Source: a virus (taxonomy: Duplodnaviria; Heunggongvirae; Uroviricota; Caudoviricetes). Taken from it: a DNA stretch of 64,000 nt. The first letter of the stretch is position 1. Each line of letters starts with the position of its first letter. The position numbers and the translations under genes are program-made. Positions 24,796 through 33,787 of the stretch are shown here, piece by piece. The notes below the pieces were generated by a model. It was not told the DNA's origin, ran no database searches, and saw only the letters and a list, made by a program, of their open reading frames with translations. The stretch covers positions 1-64,000 of the IMG/VR virus record IMGVR_UViG_2513237141_000003. One strand, written 5' to 3'.

Positions 24796-25757
24796 GTCCG
24801 CGTCCCATCAGTCGATGAGATCTGCGCTCTAATCTTTTCGAGCGTGTCCAGCCGCGCGTCCTCGTGGCTCATTCCCTCCGGGGTGTCGCCAAGAATGCAG
24901 CACTGCGCCTGTTCGAGCGTGCGTGTCAGTTGCTCGACCAGATCGCGCATGAGCCTCACGCGCTTCAAGGCGCGCTCTTGGGGTTCGCAGGGCAATCCGT
25001 CGCCTTGGCAACGACCATTGAAGTCCGCACAGTCACGGCAGCGCGGTTCGGGACCGCCGGCAATTGCCTCCCATAGCTTGAGCTTGTCTTGATGTGCAGC
25101 GCGAAGCTTGCCGGCTAGGTCGTCCGTCTCAGGCTGCGACTGAGAGGGAGCGGCATAGAGGGGCCGAACTTCGTAAGTGCCATTGTCGAGATTGAAGGCG
25201 AAGAGTTGGCGGAATTTCTCGATCGGATCATTCAGGTATAGCCATGATCCCCACTGCCCGCTGATGCAGGCGCGCCATTGCCACGCCACCGCCTCCTGCG
25301 CCGCACTGGCTGCGGGTTCGTGGGCATAGGGGCACATGCCGTCATGTCCGCTCAGTTCGCCGCCGCCGCATGAACAGTCGTCTTCGGGCTCAGGAGCACT
25401 GGCTGCGGGGTGGGGCTCGCCGCTTGGCAGGGCGTTGCGCGCGGCCAGCCAGTCCACGACCTCGTTTAGCGTCTGCTGGAACGTGTTGCCGGCGTCTTCC
25501 TCGTTGAAATAGAGGTTTGCCCAGACGCGCTGCATCAATTCGACTGATACAGCATCCGTCCCTGCCGGGGAGCGGTGCGCAAGCGCATCTTCCAATTCGA
25601 TCAGGTATGCGAGCGTTTTGCGTGTCGCCGCAGTGTGCTTGGCAAAGTCGTCATCGGTCCAGTTTTCGAGATGAAACCGGCCATAAATGCTATCTGGCCG
25701 CTTCAGCCGCGATTGTTGGGCATGAGCGCCCGCGGGCGCCTGTTCTCTATCGCTCAT
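24792..25757 (-). CDS. hypothetical Cys-rich protein
   Basis: 321 aa; cassette upstream. Confidence 0.55.
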   Translation of the reverse strand: MSDREQAPAGAHAQQSRLKRPDSIYGRFHLENWTDDDFAKHTAATRKTLAYLIELEDALAHRSPAGTDAVSVELMQRVWANLYFNEEDAGNTFQQTLNEVVDWLAARNALPSGEPHPAASAPEPEDDCSCGGGELSGHDGMCPYAHEPAASAAQEAVAWQWRACISGQWGSWLYLNDPIEKFRQLFAFNLDNGTYEVRPLYAAPSQSQPETDDLAGKLRAAHQDKLKLWEAIAGGPEPRCRDCADFNGRCQGDGLPCEPQERALKRVRLMRDLVEQLTRTLEQAQCCILGDTPEGMSHEDARLDTLEKIRAQISSTDGTRT

Positions 25758-25929
25758 GTTTGGTCTCCTTGTCTGCCGCCTGCGAGCGGCGCTCGAGTTG
25801 CTGCTCTGCCCACGCGAGGGCTCCTTCGTAGAACTCGCGTGGGATATTGGTGTCGTCGAGGTGGCCGGCGAGGCGCGCGTGCAGCGCCTCCTCGATGGCT
25901 TCGAGGCGGCGCTTACTGAGCTTGGTCAT
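25747..25929 (-). CDS. hypothetical protein (60 aa)
   Basis: TAATGA coupling. Confidence 0.4.
   Translation of the reverse strand: MTKLSKRRLEAIEEALHARLAGHLDDTNIPREFYEGALAWAEQQLERRSQAADKETKHER
25761..25790 (-). promoter_or_regulatory. hairpin-SD cassette (loop CTGCGAG)
   Basis: ccgcCTGCGAGcggcg. Confidence 0.55.
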
Positions 25930-26141
25930 TACGGCAGGCTCGTGCAATCGCGAAGCATCTCGCGGGAGCTCTCGATCGTGGAGTCGAAGTCGACGCGATG
26001 AGCGTCGCACCACTCGATGAGGTCGCCCAGGAGATGGATCAGGATGATCTCGTCGTCGCCTTCCAGGCCCGCCTCCTGACGGTGTCGGTGGAGCAGGAGC
26101 GAGGCCCGCGATCGGCCTTCGGTATATTCAATGATGCTCAT
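25929..26141 (-). CDS. hypothetical protein
   Basis: cassette upstream. Confidence 0.5.
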   Translation of the reverse strand: MSIIEYTEGRSRASLLLHRHRQEAGLEGDDEIILIHLLGDLIEWCDAHRVDFDSTIESSREMLRDCTSLP

Positions 26142-26145
26142 GTTG

Positions 26146-26174
26146 GTCTCCTTGATGCCGGCTGCGACCGGCGG
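26146..26174 (-). promoter_or_regulatory. hairpin-SD cassette (loop CTGCGAC)
   Basis: gccggCTGCGACcggc. Confidence 0.55.
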
Positions 26175-26180
26175 TTGGAA

Positions 26181-26600
26181 TTATTTGCGGACGCGGAGTG
26201 CAAACGACGGCTGCGATCCGATCCGATATTGCTTGCCGTCGTACTTCTCGACCTCCTCGGGTGTGAGATCGCGCGTGGTGGCCTTGGGGAAGCGCACGTT
26301 GATGAAGCCGAATCCCGTCACCCAGGCCCCAATATAGTCGTCGCCTTCTTCCCGCTCGATGTGGCAGATGTCCGGCGTATCGCTTGAGATATCACCAAGA
26401 AGGTGAATGGCCGTAGTGGCCATCATATATTTCGGGTAGTCGTCCCGACGCGTATCGTATTCGAAAACCGCGTCGGCGAGCTCGATCGTGTAGACCGGCT
26501 TGCGCTCGATGATGGTCCCCGACTGGCCTTCGGCGACCAGGACCTTACGAATGGCGTCGTAGAGTTCCTTGCTGACGTCGATCTTTCGTTTCTCGCTCAT
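26181..26600 (-). CDS. hypothetical protein
   Basis: cassette upstream. Confidence 0.55.
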   Translation of the reverse strand: MSEKRKIDVSKELYDAIRKVLVAEGQSGTIIERKPVYTIELADAVFEYDTRRDDYPKYMMATTAIHLLGDISSDTPDICHIEREEGDDYIGAWVTGFGFINVRFPKATTRDLTPEEVEKYDGKQYRIGSQPSFALRVRK

Positions 26601-26603
26601 GGT

Positions 26604-26632
26604 GGTCTCCTTGATTGCCGGCTGCGAGCGGC
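26604..26632 (-). promoter_or_regulatory. hairpin-SD cassette (loop CTGCGAG)
   Basis: gccggCTGCGAGcggc. Confidence 0.55.
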
Positions 26633-26642
26633 GTTGGTTGAA

Positions 26643-27050
26643 CTATCGTTCCCAGACGGTGTCGCCGTCCTTATCGAGCACGGCGTAGACGCCGCCGTAC
26701 CCCATGTTTCCTTCATCGAGAATGTCGTCGCCGGCTTCCCAAGAGGTTATTGCTTCAGGGCGATCCTTCATCAGTCGACTCGCGATGGAGGCAGCGTGAC
26801 TGGGACTAACGGCCTCGACCTCGAGCGTGGCCGTCTCCTCGACGTAGCGCTGCACGCGCACTTTGAATTTTCTCAGCGCGTGCGGCTTCGGAGGAGGCCC
26901 CTTGAATTTGTTAATGACGCCCCAGAGGATTTCATCCTCTTCCTCCGTCAGGTCCTTCTCGAGTTCGGCGCCGATGCCGAACTCAATGTGCTTAGAGAGC
27001 AACAGTTTTTTGATCACGCTCCACTCTGGTTCGGTCAGTTCAACAGGCAT
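26643..27050 (-). CDS. hypothetical protein
   Basis: cassette upstream. Confidence 0.55.
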   Translation of the reverse strand: MPVELTEPEWSVIKKLLLSKHIEFGIGAELEKDLTEEEDEILWGVINKFKGPPPKPHALRKFKVRVQRYVEETATLEVEAVSPSHAASIASRLMKDRPEAITSWEAGDDILDEGNMGYGGVYAVLDKDGDTVWER

Positions 27051-27053
27051 TGT

Positions 27054-27083
27054 GGTCTCCTTGATTGCCCTCTGCGAAGGGCG
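27054..27083 (-). promoter_or_regulatory. hairpin-SD cassette
   Basis: gccctCTGCGAAgggc. Confidence 0.6.
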
Positions 27084-27085
27084 GG

Positions 27086-27289
27086 TTACGGGTTGTATTC
27101 GTCGAGCAGGTAGAACGATCCATCGTCGCGTCTGACGATGGTCCTTCGTTGACGGGCGTTGTCGTGCATGAAGTAGCTGCCGTCGGACCGCTGATAGACA
27201 GATCTATCCTGAGTCATGGCGAGGACTGGTCGGCCACGGAAGTAGTGGTCGACCAGAATGGTCTGACGACCTAATGCCCTTTGTGCCAC
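27086..27289 (-). CDS. hypothetical protein
   Basis: GTG start; overlaps the upstream gene end. Confidence 0.4.
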   Translation of the reverse strand: MAQRALGRQTILVDHYFRGRPVLAMTQDRSVYQRSDGSYFMHDNARQRRTIVRRDDGSFYLLDEYNP

Positions 27290-27624
27290 GACACGTTCCC
27301 ATTGCTGTCGAAGTGGCCGTGGGTGCCGCCGGCCACCACCTTCTGATCGACGCGCCGGCCTGCCAGCTGTTCGGCGCGCGCGATCTGCTGCCGTGCCATG
27401 GCGGAGCCGGTCGCGAGCAGCCTGCGATATACGCAGGAATCGGTTACGCCGTTTCGCTCGGAGTTCGGAACCCCAGTGAAGGCAATTGCCCCCTGGGGTC
27501 CGACAACCGCCTTGACGGTGCCGTCAGCGAGACCGCGAGCGAACTTCTCAACCGTCCGCCGCACCTCCTCCTTGCGTTCCGCCAATGTCTGCTGCGGTCT
27601 GAAGGGCTTGCTGTCGCATGGCAT
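27271..27624 (-). CDS. hypothetical protein
   Basis: AGGAGA SD 7 nt before ATG (MPCDSK). Confidence 0.5.
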   Translation of the reverse strand: MPCDSKPFRPQQTLAERKEEVRRTVEKFARGLADGTVKAVVGPQGAIAFTGVPNSERNGVTDSCVYRRLLATGSAMARQQIARAEQLAGRRVDQKVVAGGTHGHFDSNGNVSWHKGH

Positions 27625-28177
27625 TGTTCTTTCTCCTTGTGATCCACGGGTTTTGTCTGTTGAGGTTCTGCTCTCGCTTGGTCGCCCACCGACAGTTGTC
27701 CGGCTCATAGTTCCCGTCATTATCAGGGTAACGATCCAGCGAGTGAGTGGGGCTTGGTCGCGGGCCTACGTCCGCGAGGAAGTCTTCGAATGAGTTGCGC
27801 CAGCGCTCGCACACCTTGATCCCGCGACCTCCATATCGATGGAAGCCGCGGTAACTCGGTCGTTCGCAACGATGGATCATGGCAGACCACGCCGCGTACT
27901 CTGGCGTAGCTTTCTTCTTGATGGTCTCAGATTGACCGTGGCGCGTGTTGATGCGTGAAAGCGCTTGGTTTCTGCACGCCTTGCACTGCTTGGACTGTCC
28001 GGCGGTGAGGAACCTGCGCTGCACTGGGCTCTCCGTCCCGCAATCGCATCGGCACAGCCAAAAGACCTGACTCTTTCCCTTGGCGTATGACTTGCTGTGC
28101 GAGTAGGAGAGGACGAGCCAGCGCCCAAAGCGCTGGCCCGTGAGGTCGGTTCTGATCGAACCGAATGACGCAACCAT
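27548..28177 (-). CDS. HNH-type homing-endonuclease-like protein with AP2 DNA-binding domain
   Basis: N-terminal zinc knuckles (WLCRCDCG...CKAC); AP2-like [18 protein letters not shown]. Confidence 0.6.
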   Translation of the reverse strand: MVASFGSIRTDLTGQRFGRWLVLSYSHSKSYAKGKSQVFWLCRCDCGTESPVQRRFLTAGQSKQCKACRNQALSRINTRHGQSETIKKKATPEYAAWSAMIHRCERPSYRGFHRYGGRGIKVCERWRNSFEDFLADVGPRPSPTHSLDRYPDNDGNYEPDNCRWATKREQNLNRQNPWITRRKNNAMRQQALQTAADIGGTQGGGAADG

Positions 28178-28187
28178 TTCCGCTCAC

Positions 28188-29039
28188 TCAGAACTCGAGC
28201 GCTGGCACTGGGGCTTCCGGCACGCTGGTGTCGGCCTGTAGATCGACGGTCTCAATCTCGACGACGGGCACGGCCGCCTCTGCCGGCTGCTCGATCTCGA
28301 CCGGTGCCAGGTCGATCGCGCGACCCTCGTGGGTGGGGGCCTCGACTTCCTTGTGCTCGGCGTCGAGGTCGAGGAACGCTCCCCGGCCTTCAGTCAGCTT
28401 GCGGATCGAGGCCAGGTCGATCTCTGCCGCTCCTTGCTCACCGGCCTTGTTGATGGCGGTCGCGGCCTTGCGGGCAACCGCAACGACCTCGGACAAGCGC
28501 TCCTGCTGCGCGGGCGAGAGCATGGCGCCGAGTGATCGGGCCTTGTCGGCGGCATCGCGCACCTTCTTGACATCGAGGTTCTGCAAGCCGGCCTCCATGA
28601 GCCCGATCAAATCACGGACCTCGCTGTTGATGGCGCGCGCGGCCTGAGCATCGTCCGCGGCCACGCGACCCGGGATGACGTAGATACCGATGCGCGTGGT
28701 CTTGGCGCGAGCGTTAAACTCCTCAGCCAAGGACTGGGCCTCGGTCACTCTCTCCCCAAGCTGATCGGCTCGCTCTTCAGGACAGAGCAGGCCGAAAGCC
28801 GTCTGCACGCACAGGTTCGAGATGACCTGTCGCGCGCGGTTGCGGATCTTCGTGGCCTCCTCGTGCTCGGCCGGATCGGCAACCGTGCGCTCGGTCTCCC
28901 ATTTCGCTCGCAGCTTGCCTTCCTCGTCGAGCGTGTCGGCCTCGATCGTGTTCTTGATGTACGAGACGTTGCCAGTGAGGGAGGTCTTGAGAACGACGAG
29001 CAGGCCGGGGCGGATGGTGGAAGCTTTGATCTCAGTCAT
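28188..29039 (-). CDS. hypothetical protein
   Basis: 283 aa; cassette upstream. Confidence 0.55.
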   Translation of the reverse strand: MTEIKASTIRPGLLVVLKTSLTGNVSYIKNTIEADTLDEEGKLRAKWETERTVADPAEHEEATKIRNRARQVISNLCVQTAFGLLCPEERADQLGERVTEAQSLAEEFNARAKTTRIGIYVIPGRVAADDAQAARAINSEVRDLIGLMEAGLQNLDVKKVRDAADKARSLGAMLSPAQQERLSEVVAVARKAATAINKAGEQGAAEIDLASIRKLTEGRGAFLDLDAEHKEVEAPTHEGRAIDLAPVEIEQPAEAAVPVVEIETVDLQADTSVPEAPVPALEF

Positions 29040-29043
29040 GGAT

Positions 29044-29075
29044 GGTCTCCTTGTGATGCGGTCTGCGAAACCGCG
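29044..29075 (-). promoter_or_regulatory. hairpin-SD cassette
   Basis: gcggtCTGCGAAaccgc. Confidence 0.6.
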
Positions 29076-29090
29076 TTGGTGGTGGGTGGT

Positions 29091-29267
29091 TCAGTTCCAG
29101 ATGGTCAGGCGTTGCCGCCTGCAGTTTGCGACGGAGCGAGCAAGCTCCGCCGTATCGCATGCGATCGGCAGCCCGCGGGCATCGCGGGCGATGCGCCATA
29201 CACCAAGCCGATCGGTATACATGGCGATCCAGCCGCCATGCGTGTTGCTGTAGATCGTGTCGGCCAT
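29091..29267 (-). CDS. 58-aa hypothetical protein (MADTIYSNTHGGWIAMYTDRLGVWRIARD...)
   Basis: fills the gap between the AAA gene stop and the next cassette; not in ORF track. Confidence 0.3.
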   Translation of the reverse strand: MADTIYSNTHGGWIAMYTDRLGVWRIARDARGLPIACDTAELARSVANCRRQRLTIWN

Positions 29268-29276
29268 GCTGTGACC

Positions 29277-30959
29277 TTAGAGGTCCAGCGCGCGGCCGCC
29301 GGAGACGGCCGCCAACTCGACGACGTTCTCAGGCGCGGAGGCAAAGCGGGCCCGCTTCTCGGCCCACTCCTTCAGCTTTTTGATCTTGGCCTCGGCGGTC
29401 TGGGCTAGCGGCGTCGTGGCCTTGGCGCACTTGACGAGGTCGGCGACCTTGATCGGCCGCTCGCCGTCGGCGAAGGCGGCGAACATGGCGCTGGGGACGA
29501 GCTCGGCGATCTCCGATCCGGTGAATTTATCGGTCGCCGCCACGATCAGTGGCAAATCGTCCTGATCGAGGTCGTCGAGCTTCCGCCCCTTGGCCTTGAG
29601 CGCCGCCCGCAACACCTCCAGGCGCTCCCGCTTGTTCGGCAGGTCGACGAAGAACAATTCGTCAAACCGGCCCTTGCGCAGGAACTCGGGCGCATTGGTC
29701 GTTATGCTGTCGAGATCGTTGGCGGTGGCGATGACAAAGGCCTCGTGCGGCTCGTTCATCCACTGCAGCAGCGCGCCGAGTTGGTCGCTCGACACGCCGC
29801 CATCGGCTGCGCCGCCGGTGGCGCCAGCGAGCGCCTTCTCGACCTCGTCGATCAGGAGCACGCAACGCCCAATCGCTTCGATGGTGCGAAGCGCCTTGCG
29901 TAGGTTGGCCTCACTCTCACCAACGAACTTGCCCTTGAGGGCGCCGAGGTCGAGCTTGATCAACGGACAGCCGAATGCCGAGGCGAGTGCCTTGGCGGTC
30001 AGCGTCTTGCCGCAGCCGGGGATGCCGCCGAGGAAGCAGCCCTTGGGCGGCGGCAGGCCATAGGCGCGGGCCTTCGCGCTGTACGCCAGCTTGCGCTCCA
30101 ACGCCCACGCCTTGAGGACTTCGAGACCGCCGACGCCGTCGATGCCGTCGGGCAGGGGGTCCATCCACTCCAACACGCCCGACTTGGAGATGACGCGCTT
30201 TTTCTCCTTGGTCACGGCGATCGGGTCGATCTTGCGCAGCTGCACCAGGCTCTTGGCGTAGCAGGCCTGAGCCTCCTCACCGGAGAGGCCGGTCGCAGCA
30301 TCAATCGCCGCATCCCGAACGCCGTTGGGTGCGGCGAGCGCGCGCATCGGCTTGGTGGGATCAGGGATAGGCATCCGCGTTGCCGCATCGAGGATCGGCT
30401 TGCCGGTGTCCGGATCGACCTTGTTCTCGAACTCAGGCAACGAGTTGATCTGGGCATCGAGCAGGGCCGCAACCTCGTTGCGGTCCGGCATCGGCCATTC
30501 GATCACGGTGGCATGGTTGCCGAGCTCGGCCGGCACGTCGCCCGAGGGCGAGATCACGATCAGGGCCTGTGCTGCATCGCGCGGCATGCCGGGCAGGTCG
30601 AGGGCCAGGTTGCGCACCTGACGGCAGGTCACCATGCCGCCAGGGCCGACGATCCACGGCGGCAGGTCGCGCATGATCCATGCGCCGCGATCGCTCTTGG
30701 CCTCCGCGCGGCTCCGGATCACCTTCAAGGTCTCGCCGATGTCCATCGTCTCGGGGCCGAACTCATTCTGCTCGCCCTTGACATCGACGACGCCGCGGCC
30801 GCAGTCCCACGATCTCGGGATATAGCCGGCGGCGATCGCCGCCTCCTTGAGGTACTTCTCGACCCGGGGCTCCTCTTTCGTCACGATCCAGATCAACGGA
30901 TTGCGCGCGCGAAGCAGGAAGGCGACGTCGGCCGCCACTTCTTCAGACTTGGTTTTCAC
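29277..30959 (-). CDS. AAA+ ATPase (classical clade) with ~300-aa N-terminal domain
   Basis: Walker A GIPGCGKT; Walker B LLIDEVE; second region of homology RKGRFDELFFVDLP; GTG start after cassette. Confidence 0.8.
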   Translation of the reverse strand: MKTKSEEVAADVAFLLRARNPLIWIVTKEEPRVEKYLKEAAIAAGYIPRSWDCGRGVVDVKGEQNEFGPETMDIGETLKVIRSRAEAKSDRGAWIMRDLPPWIVGPGGMVTCRQVRNLALDLPGMPRDAAQALIVISPSGDVPAELGNHATVIEWPMPDRNEVAALLDAQINSLPEFENKVDPDTGKPILDAATRMPIPDPTKPMRALAAPNGVRDAAIDAATGLSGEEAQACYAKSLVQLRKIDPIAVTKEKKRVISKSGVLEWMDPLPDGIDGVGGLEVLKAWALERKLAYSAKARAYGLPPPKGCFLGGIPGCGKTLTAKALASAFGCPLIKLDLGALKGKFVGESEANLRKALRTIEAIGRCVLLIDEVEKALAGATGGAADGGVSSDQLGALLQWMNEPHEAFVIATANDLDSITTNAPEFLRKGRFDELFFVDLPNKRERLEVLRAALKAKGRKLDDLDQDDLPLIVAATDKFTGSEIAELVPSAMFAAFADGERPIKVADLVKCAKATTPLAQTAEAKIKKLKEWAEKRARFASAPENVVELAAVSGGRALDL

Positions 30960-30963
30960 GATT

Positions 30964-31006
30964 GGTCTCCTTGGAGGGAAATGCCGGGCGCTGCGAACGC
31001 CCGGCG
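30964..31006 (-). promoter_or_regulatory. hairpin-SD cassette
   Basis: gccgggcgCTGCGAAcgcccggc; AAA+ gene. Confidence 0.6.
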
Positions 31007-31014
31007 GGTTGAAG

Positions 31015-32109
31015 TCAGATGTGGCAGTCGACGACGGCGAGCCAGGTCTCCGGGGGCAGGTCGTCAAGCAGCTTGGCGAACTCCTCGTCCCAGACGTCGC
31101 CGTCCTTCTCGTTGGATACGCAGGCGAACCAGCCCATCTCGCCTCGTTCGTACCATTGGCCGTCTTTCACGACGGCGAAGGTCTGCACGGCGCGGCGTCG
31201 GGCGCGGGTGGCCACCTGAGCCCGTGTCATCCAGAACTTCTTGATGACATCGTCATCATCGAAGAAGCCGATTATCTCGGCTTTCTTGAGGTCCTCGATC
31301 GGGGGCTGGCTCCAGTATGATTCGCGGGTCTGCTCGATGTCGCCGCCGCACTCCTCCTTGACTGTATCCCACGACTTGTAGGAGCGGCCGGCGATGACCT
31401 CCTGCGCTTTATCGAACTGCTTCAGTGCAGCGACCTCCGCCTCGTTGCGGAGCGCTTCGAGCGGGATGTCCTTGAGCTGGGCGACGTTGCCGACGTTCTT
31501 CCACCTCGACGGCCACTTCGTCTTTACGCCTTTGCCGTTGCAGTGAGGGCAGGGCCTCGGGCCGTCATCGCGCAATTGCTTCCCCTTGTGACAGAAGTCG
31601 CAAATCTCCTCATTGTCAGGGTCAGTCTCCGGCTGATAGTTCGGGGCGAACATGCCAGCCCAGCGGCCGCCGATCGTCCAGCCATCCCATTTCGCATTGG
31701 GGTTGGTGTGGCGATAGAAGCGGCCGTCGCGCTCGAAGGCGCCGAAATAGTCGGTAGCGCATTCGGCCGGCGTCGCATAGCCGAGGCCGTGCTGGCGGGC
31801 CTCCACGGCCGGCAACTCCAGCTCGACGGCGCCATCCGGTAGCTTGAACTCCTTGTCACCCCAGCTCTGATCTGGAACTTCGACATAGAAACATGGGTCG
31901 TATCGATCCAGGAACGTGCCGCACACGAGCTTCACCACGGACACCGGCTTGTTGAACTGCTCCATGACCTCGTCGGTCTTGTCCACGTCGATGACGTATT
32001 GGTCGTCAATTCCCGTGCACTCGAACTCGTGGAACGGCTGTAGGATCGGGCGGAGGCTCTCCTCGTCGAGCTTGGTGGGAGAGATGACGAGAACGGTAAA
32101 GTGACTCAT
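31015..32109 (-). CDS. hypothetical protein with CxxC...CxxC zinc ribbon
   Basis: 364 aa; WDGWTIGGRW segment; cassette upstream. Confidence 0.55.
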   Translation of the reverse strand: MSHFTVLVISPTKLDEESLRPILQPFHEFECTGIDDQYVIDVDKTDEVMEQFNKPVSVVKLVCGTFLDRYDPCFYVEVPDQSWGDKEFKLPDGAVELELPAVEARQHGLGYATPAECATDYFGAFERDGRFYRHTNPNAKWDGWTIGGRWAGMFAPNYQPETDPDNEEICDFCHKGKQLRDDGPRPCPHCNGKGVKTKWPSRWKNVGNVAQLKDIPLEALRNEAEVAALKQFDKAQEVIAGRSYKSWDTVKEECGGDIEQTRESYWSQPPIEDLKKAEIIGFFDDDDVIKKFWMTRAQVATRARRRAVQTFAVVKDGQWYERGEMGWFACVSNEKDGDVWDEEFAKLLDDLPPETWLAVVDCHI

Positions 32110-32114
32110 AGTCT

Positions 32115-32146
32115 GGTCTCCTTGAATTGGCGTCTGCGAAACGCCA
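32115..32146 (-). promoter_or_regulatory. hairpin-SD cassette
   Basis: ggcgtCTGCGAAacgcc. Confidence 0.6.
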
Positions 32147-32157
32147 AGCGGTTGGGG

Positions 32158-32700
32158 TTAGTGGAAGTCGACGGCGCCATTATCGGAGGCCATCTCGAAG
32201 GCTTTGCGCCAGTCACGGTACTTGGCGATGAACCAGTCACCGTCCAGCAACGACTGAGCCCATTGTTCGGCCTTCTCTTGGTGTTCCGCAAAGTCCTTGG
32301 CGAGCTTGGCCGAGACGACGGGTCCGATTGTCCCTTCGTTGTCGGCGAAGTTGATCAGCTCGGCGAACGGACCGGTCTGCCCGTTCCAGCAGGCGACGCA
32401 ATGGCTCTCGCGTTGCCCGACTTGTCCATCGTAATGGCCGAGCGGATAACCGGCCATCTTGGCCAGCTGCTCGCGCCATGCGTTGTAGCCGCTGTAAGAG
32501 CCGGCGCGGAAGCCGAAGCTATCGGCGCAGTCATAAACCGCGCCAGTTTCGATCCCGGCCGTGCGACCGGGCCAGTTCTGTTCGGTCCATTCGATGACCG
32601 AGGCAGTCGCCTGAAATCCGTCATCGTAAAAACCATCCTCATCGAGGGTTGGGTTTTCGATCTTGGTCAGGCGCGTGTAGGCAGTGATATCGAGTCCCAT
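32158..32700 (-). CDS. hypothetical protein
   Basis: start MGLDITAY; cassette upstream. Confidence 0.55.
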   Translation of the reverse strand: MGLDITAYTRLTKIENPTLDEDGFYDDGFQATASVIEWTEQNWPGRTAGIETGAVYDCADSFGFRAGSYSGYNAWREQLAKMAGYPLGHYDGQVGQRESHCVACWNGQTGPFAELINFADNEGTIGPVVSAKLAKDFAEHQEKAEQWAQSLLDGDWFIAKYRDWRKAFEMASDNGAVDFH

Positions 32701-32705
32701 TTGGT

Positions 32706-32735
32706 GGTCTCCTTGTTGGCGTCTGCGAAACGCCG
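32706..32735 (-). promoter_or_regulatory. hairpin-SD cassette (hairpin identical to 32129-32146)
   Basis: ggcgtCTGCGAAacgcc. Confidence 0.6.
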
Positions 32736-32747
32736 TTGGTGGTGGGT

Positions 32748-32840
32748 TTAGAGCAGGCCGAGGGCTACAGCGAAACCGATCGCGATACCGATCAGAAGAA
32801 ACACGGCATCGCGCTCGATGGAGGCGGGTTTCAGGTGCAT
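32748..32840 (-). CDS. 30-aa hydrophobic micro-peptide (MHLKPASIERDAVFLLIGIAIGFAVALGLL)
   Basis: GGAG SD 6 nt upstream; single TM helix. Confidence 0.35.
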   Translation of the reverse strand: MHLKPASIERDAVFLLIGIAIGFAVALGLL

Positions 32841-33217
32841 GGCTGCTCCATGCAGTCTGCAATGAACGCCACCGCCGGCTGGTCGATCGAGTGCTTCTTG
32901 AGCAGGCGCACGATGTCTGGCCTCGTGTAGAATCCGGGTTTGACACCGTGGTGGTTGGCGGGGACCATGATCGGAGGGACGGTCAGGTCGCCGGTGAGTT
33001 CGGCCTCATCGAGAACGTGCCATTCATCGCCGCGTTGCGATTGACGCTCCCAATAGACGCGAGCTAGATCATCGTCGGCTGGCCGGTCCTCCGAGAACTC
33101 CTGAGACCAATTTTGATCGCAATAGGCGAAATTGGCGGCCTCTGCCGAGGCCTGTGAGGTGTGCACCGAGAAGTCGGTGCCGTGCCGGTGGTCAATGATC
33201 AGAACCCAGACTTTCAT
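32831..33217 (-). CDS. hypothetical protein (MKVWVL.. paralog)
   Basis: GGAGG SD; TAATG coupling; N-terminus similar to the neighbouring gene. Confidence 0.5.
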   Translation of the reverse strand: MKVWVLIIDHRHGTDFSVHTSQASAEAANFAYCDQNWSQEFSEDRPADDDLARVYWERQSQRGDEWHVLDEAELTGDLTVPPIMVPANHHGVKPGFYTRPDIVRLLKKHSIDQPAVAFIADCMEQPCT

Positions 33218-33522
33218 TATTTCCTCCAAAATGTCAGCATGACGATCAGCGTTGCCAGCAGCGGCACCTTGACCTCGTGCTCGGTGATTTCCCACTGGCC
33301 CCACGAAGATCCGAGGATGTCTTTCAGCTCCTCGTGGGCGTCGAACGGGTCGTCGGGGAAATCGCGCTTGTTGCCATCCTCGTCGTTGGGCTCGGCGCGC
33401 TCCCACTCGCCGCGCATCACCTGCTCGAATGCGTTGTCGGCTTCCTCGACCGAAGTGAACACGCGCGGCCAACAGGGCTCGGGATCGTCGGGAACGCAGG
33501 TTGAGAGGACCCAGATTTTCAT
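33217..33522 (-). CDS. hypothetical protein (MKIWVL.. paralog)
   Basis: tandem paralog of 32831-33217. Confidence 0.5.
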   Translation of the reverse strand: MKIWVLSTCVPDDPEPCWPRVFTSVEEADNAFEQVMRGEWERAEPNDEDGNKRDFPDDPFDAHEELKDILGSSWGQWEITEHEVKVPLLATLIVMLTFWRK

Positions 33523-33743
33523 GACTGGGCCTCTTTGATCAGCTGTTCGCCCACATAGGCGCTATCACCGGCCCAAGCGCCGGTGACGCGCTCGGGGCCG
33601 GTGGTCTCCCAGTCGGCCTTCTGCCCCTCCCAGTCGTCGTTCTCGGCGTCCATCTTGAGCGCCGCTTCGAGGTCTGGTGCTTCGTACGTCTCATGCCGAT
33701 AGTGCGGAACGTCATACGTCCGCTCGATGGTGAACTTAGGCAT
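33519..33743 (-). CDS. hypothetical acidic protein
   Basis: cassette upstream. Confidence 0.5.
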   Translation of the reverse strand: MPKFTIERTYDVPHYRHETYEAPDLEAALKMDAENDDWEGQKADWETTGPERVTGAWAGDSAYVGEQLIKEAQS

Positions 33744-33747
33744 TGTT

Positions 33748-33779
33748 GGTCTCCTTGCCTTGTGGCGCCTGCGAGCGCC
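33748..33779 (-). promoter_or_regulatory. hairpin-SD cassette (loop CTGCGAG)
   Basis: ggcgcCTGCGAGcgcc. Confidence 0.55.
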
Positions 33780-33787
33780 GTTGGTGA

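Noticed and set aside
29105-29344. 79-aa track ORF between the AAA gene and the next cassette
   Set aside because: Out of frame with the better-supported 58-aa ORF (29091-29267) that starts right after the upstream stop; neither is certain.
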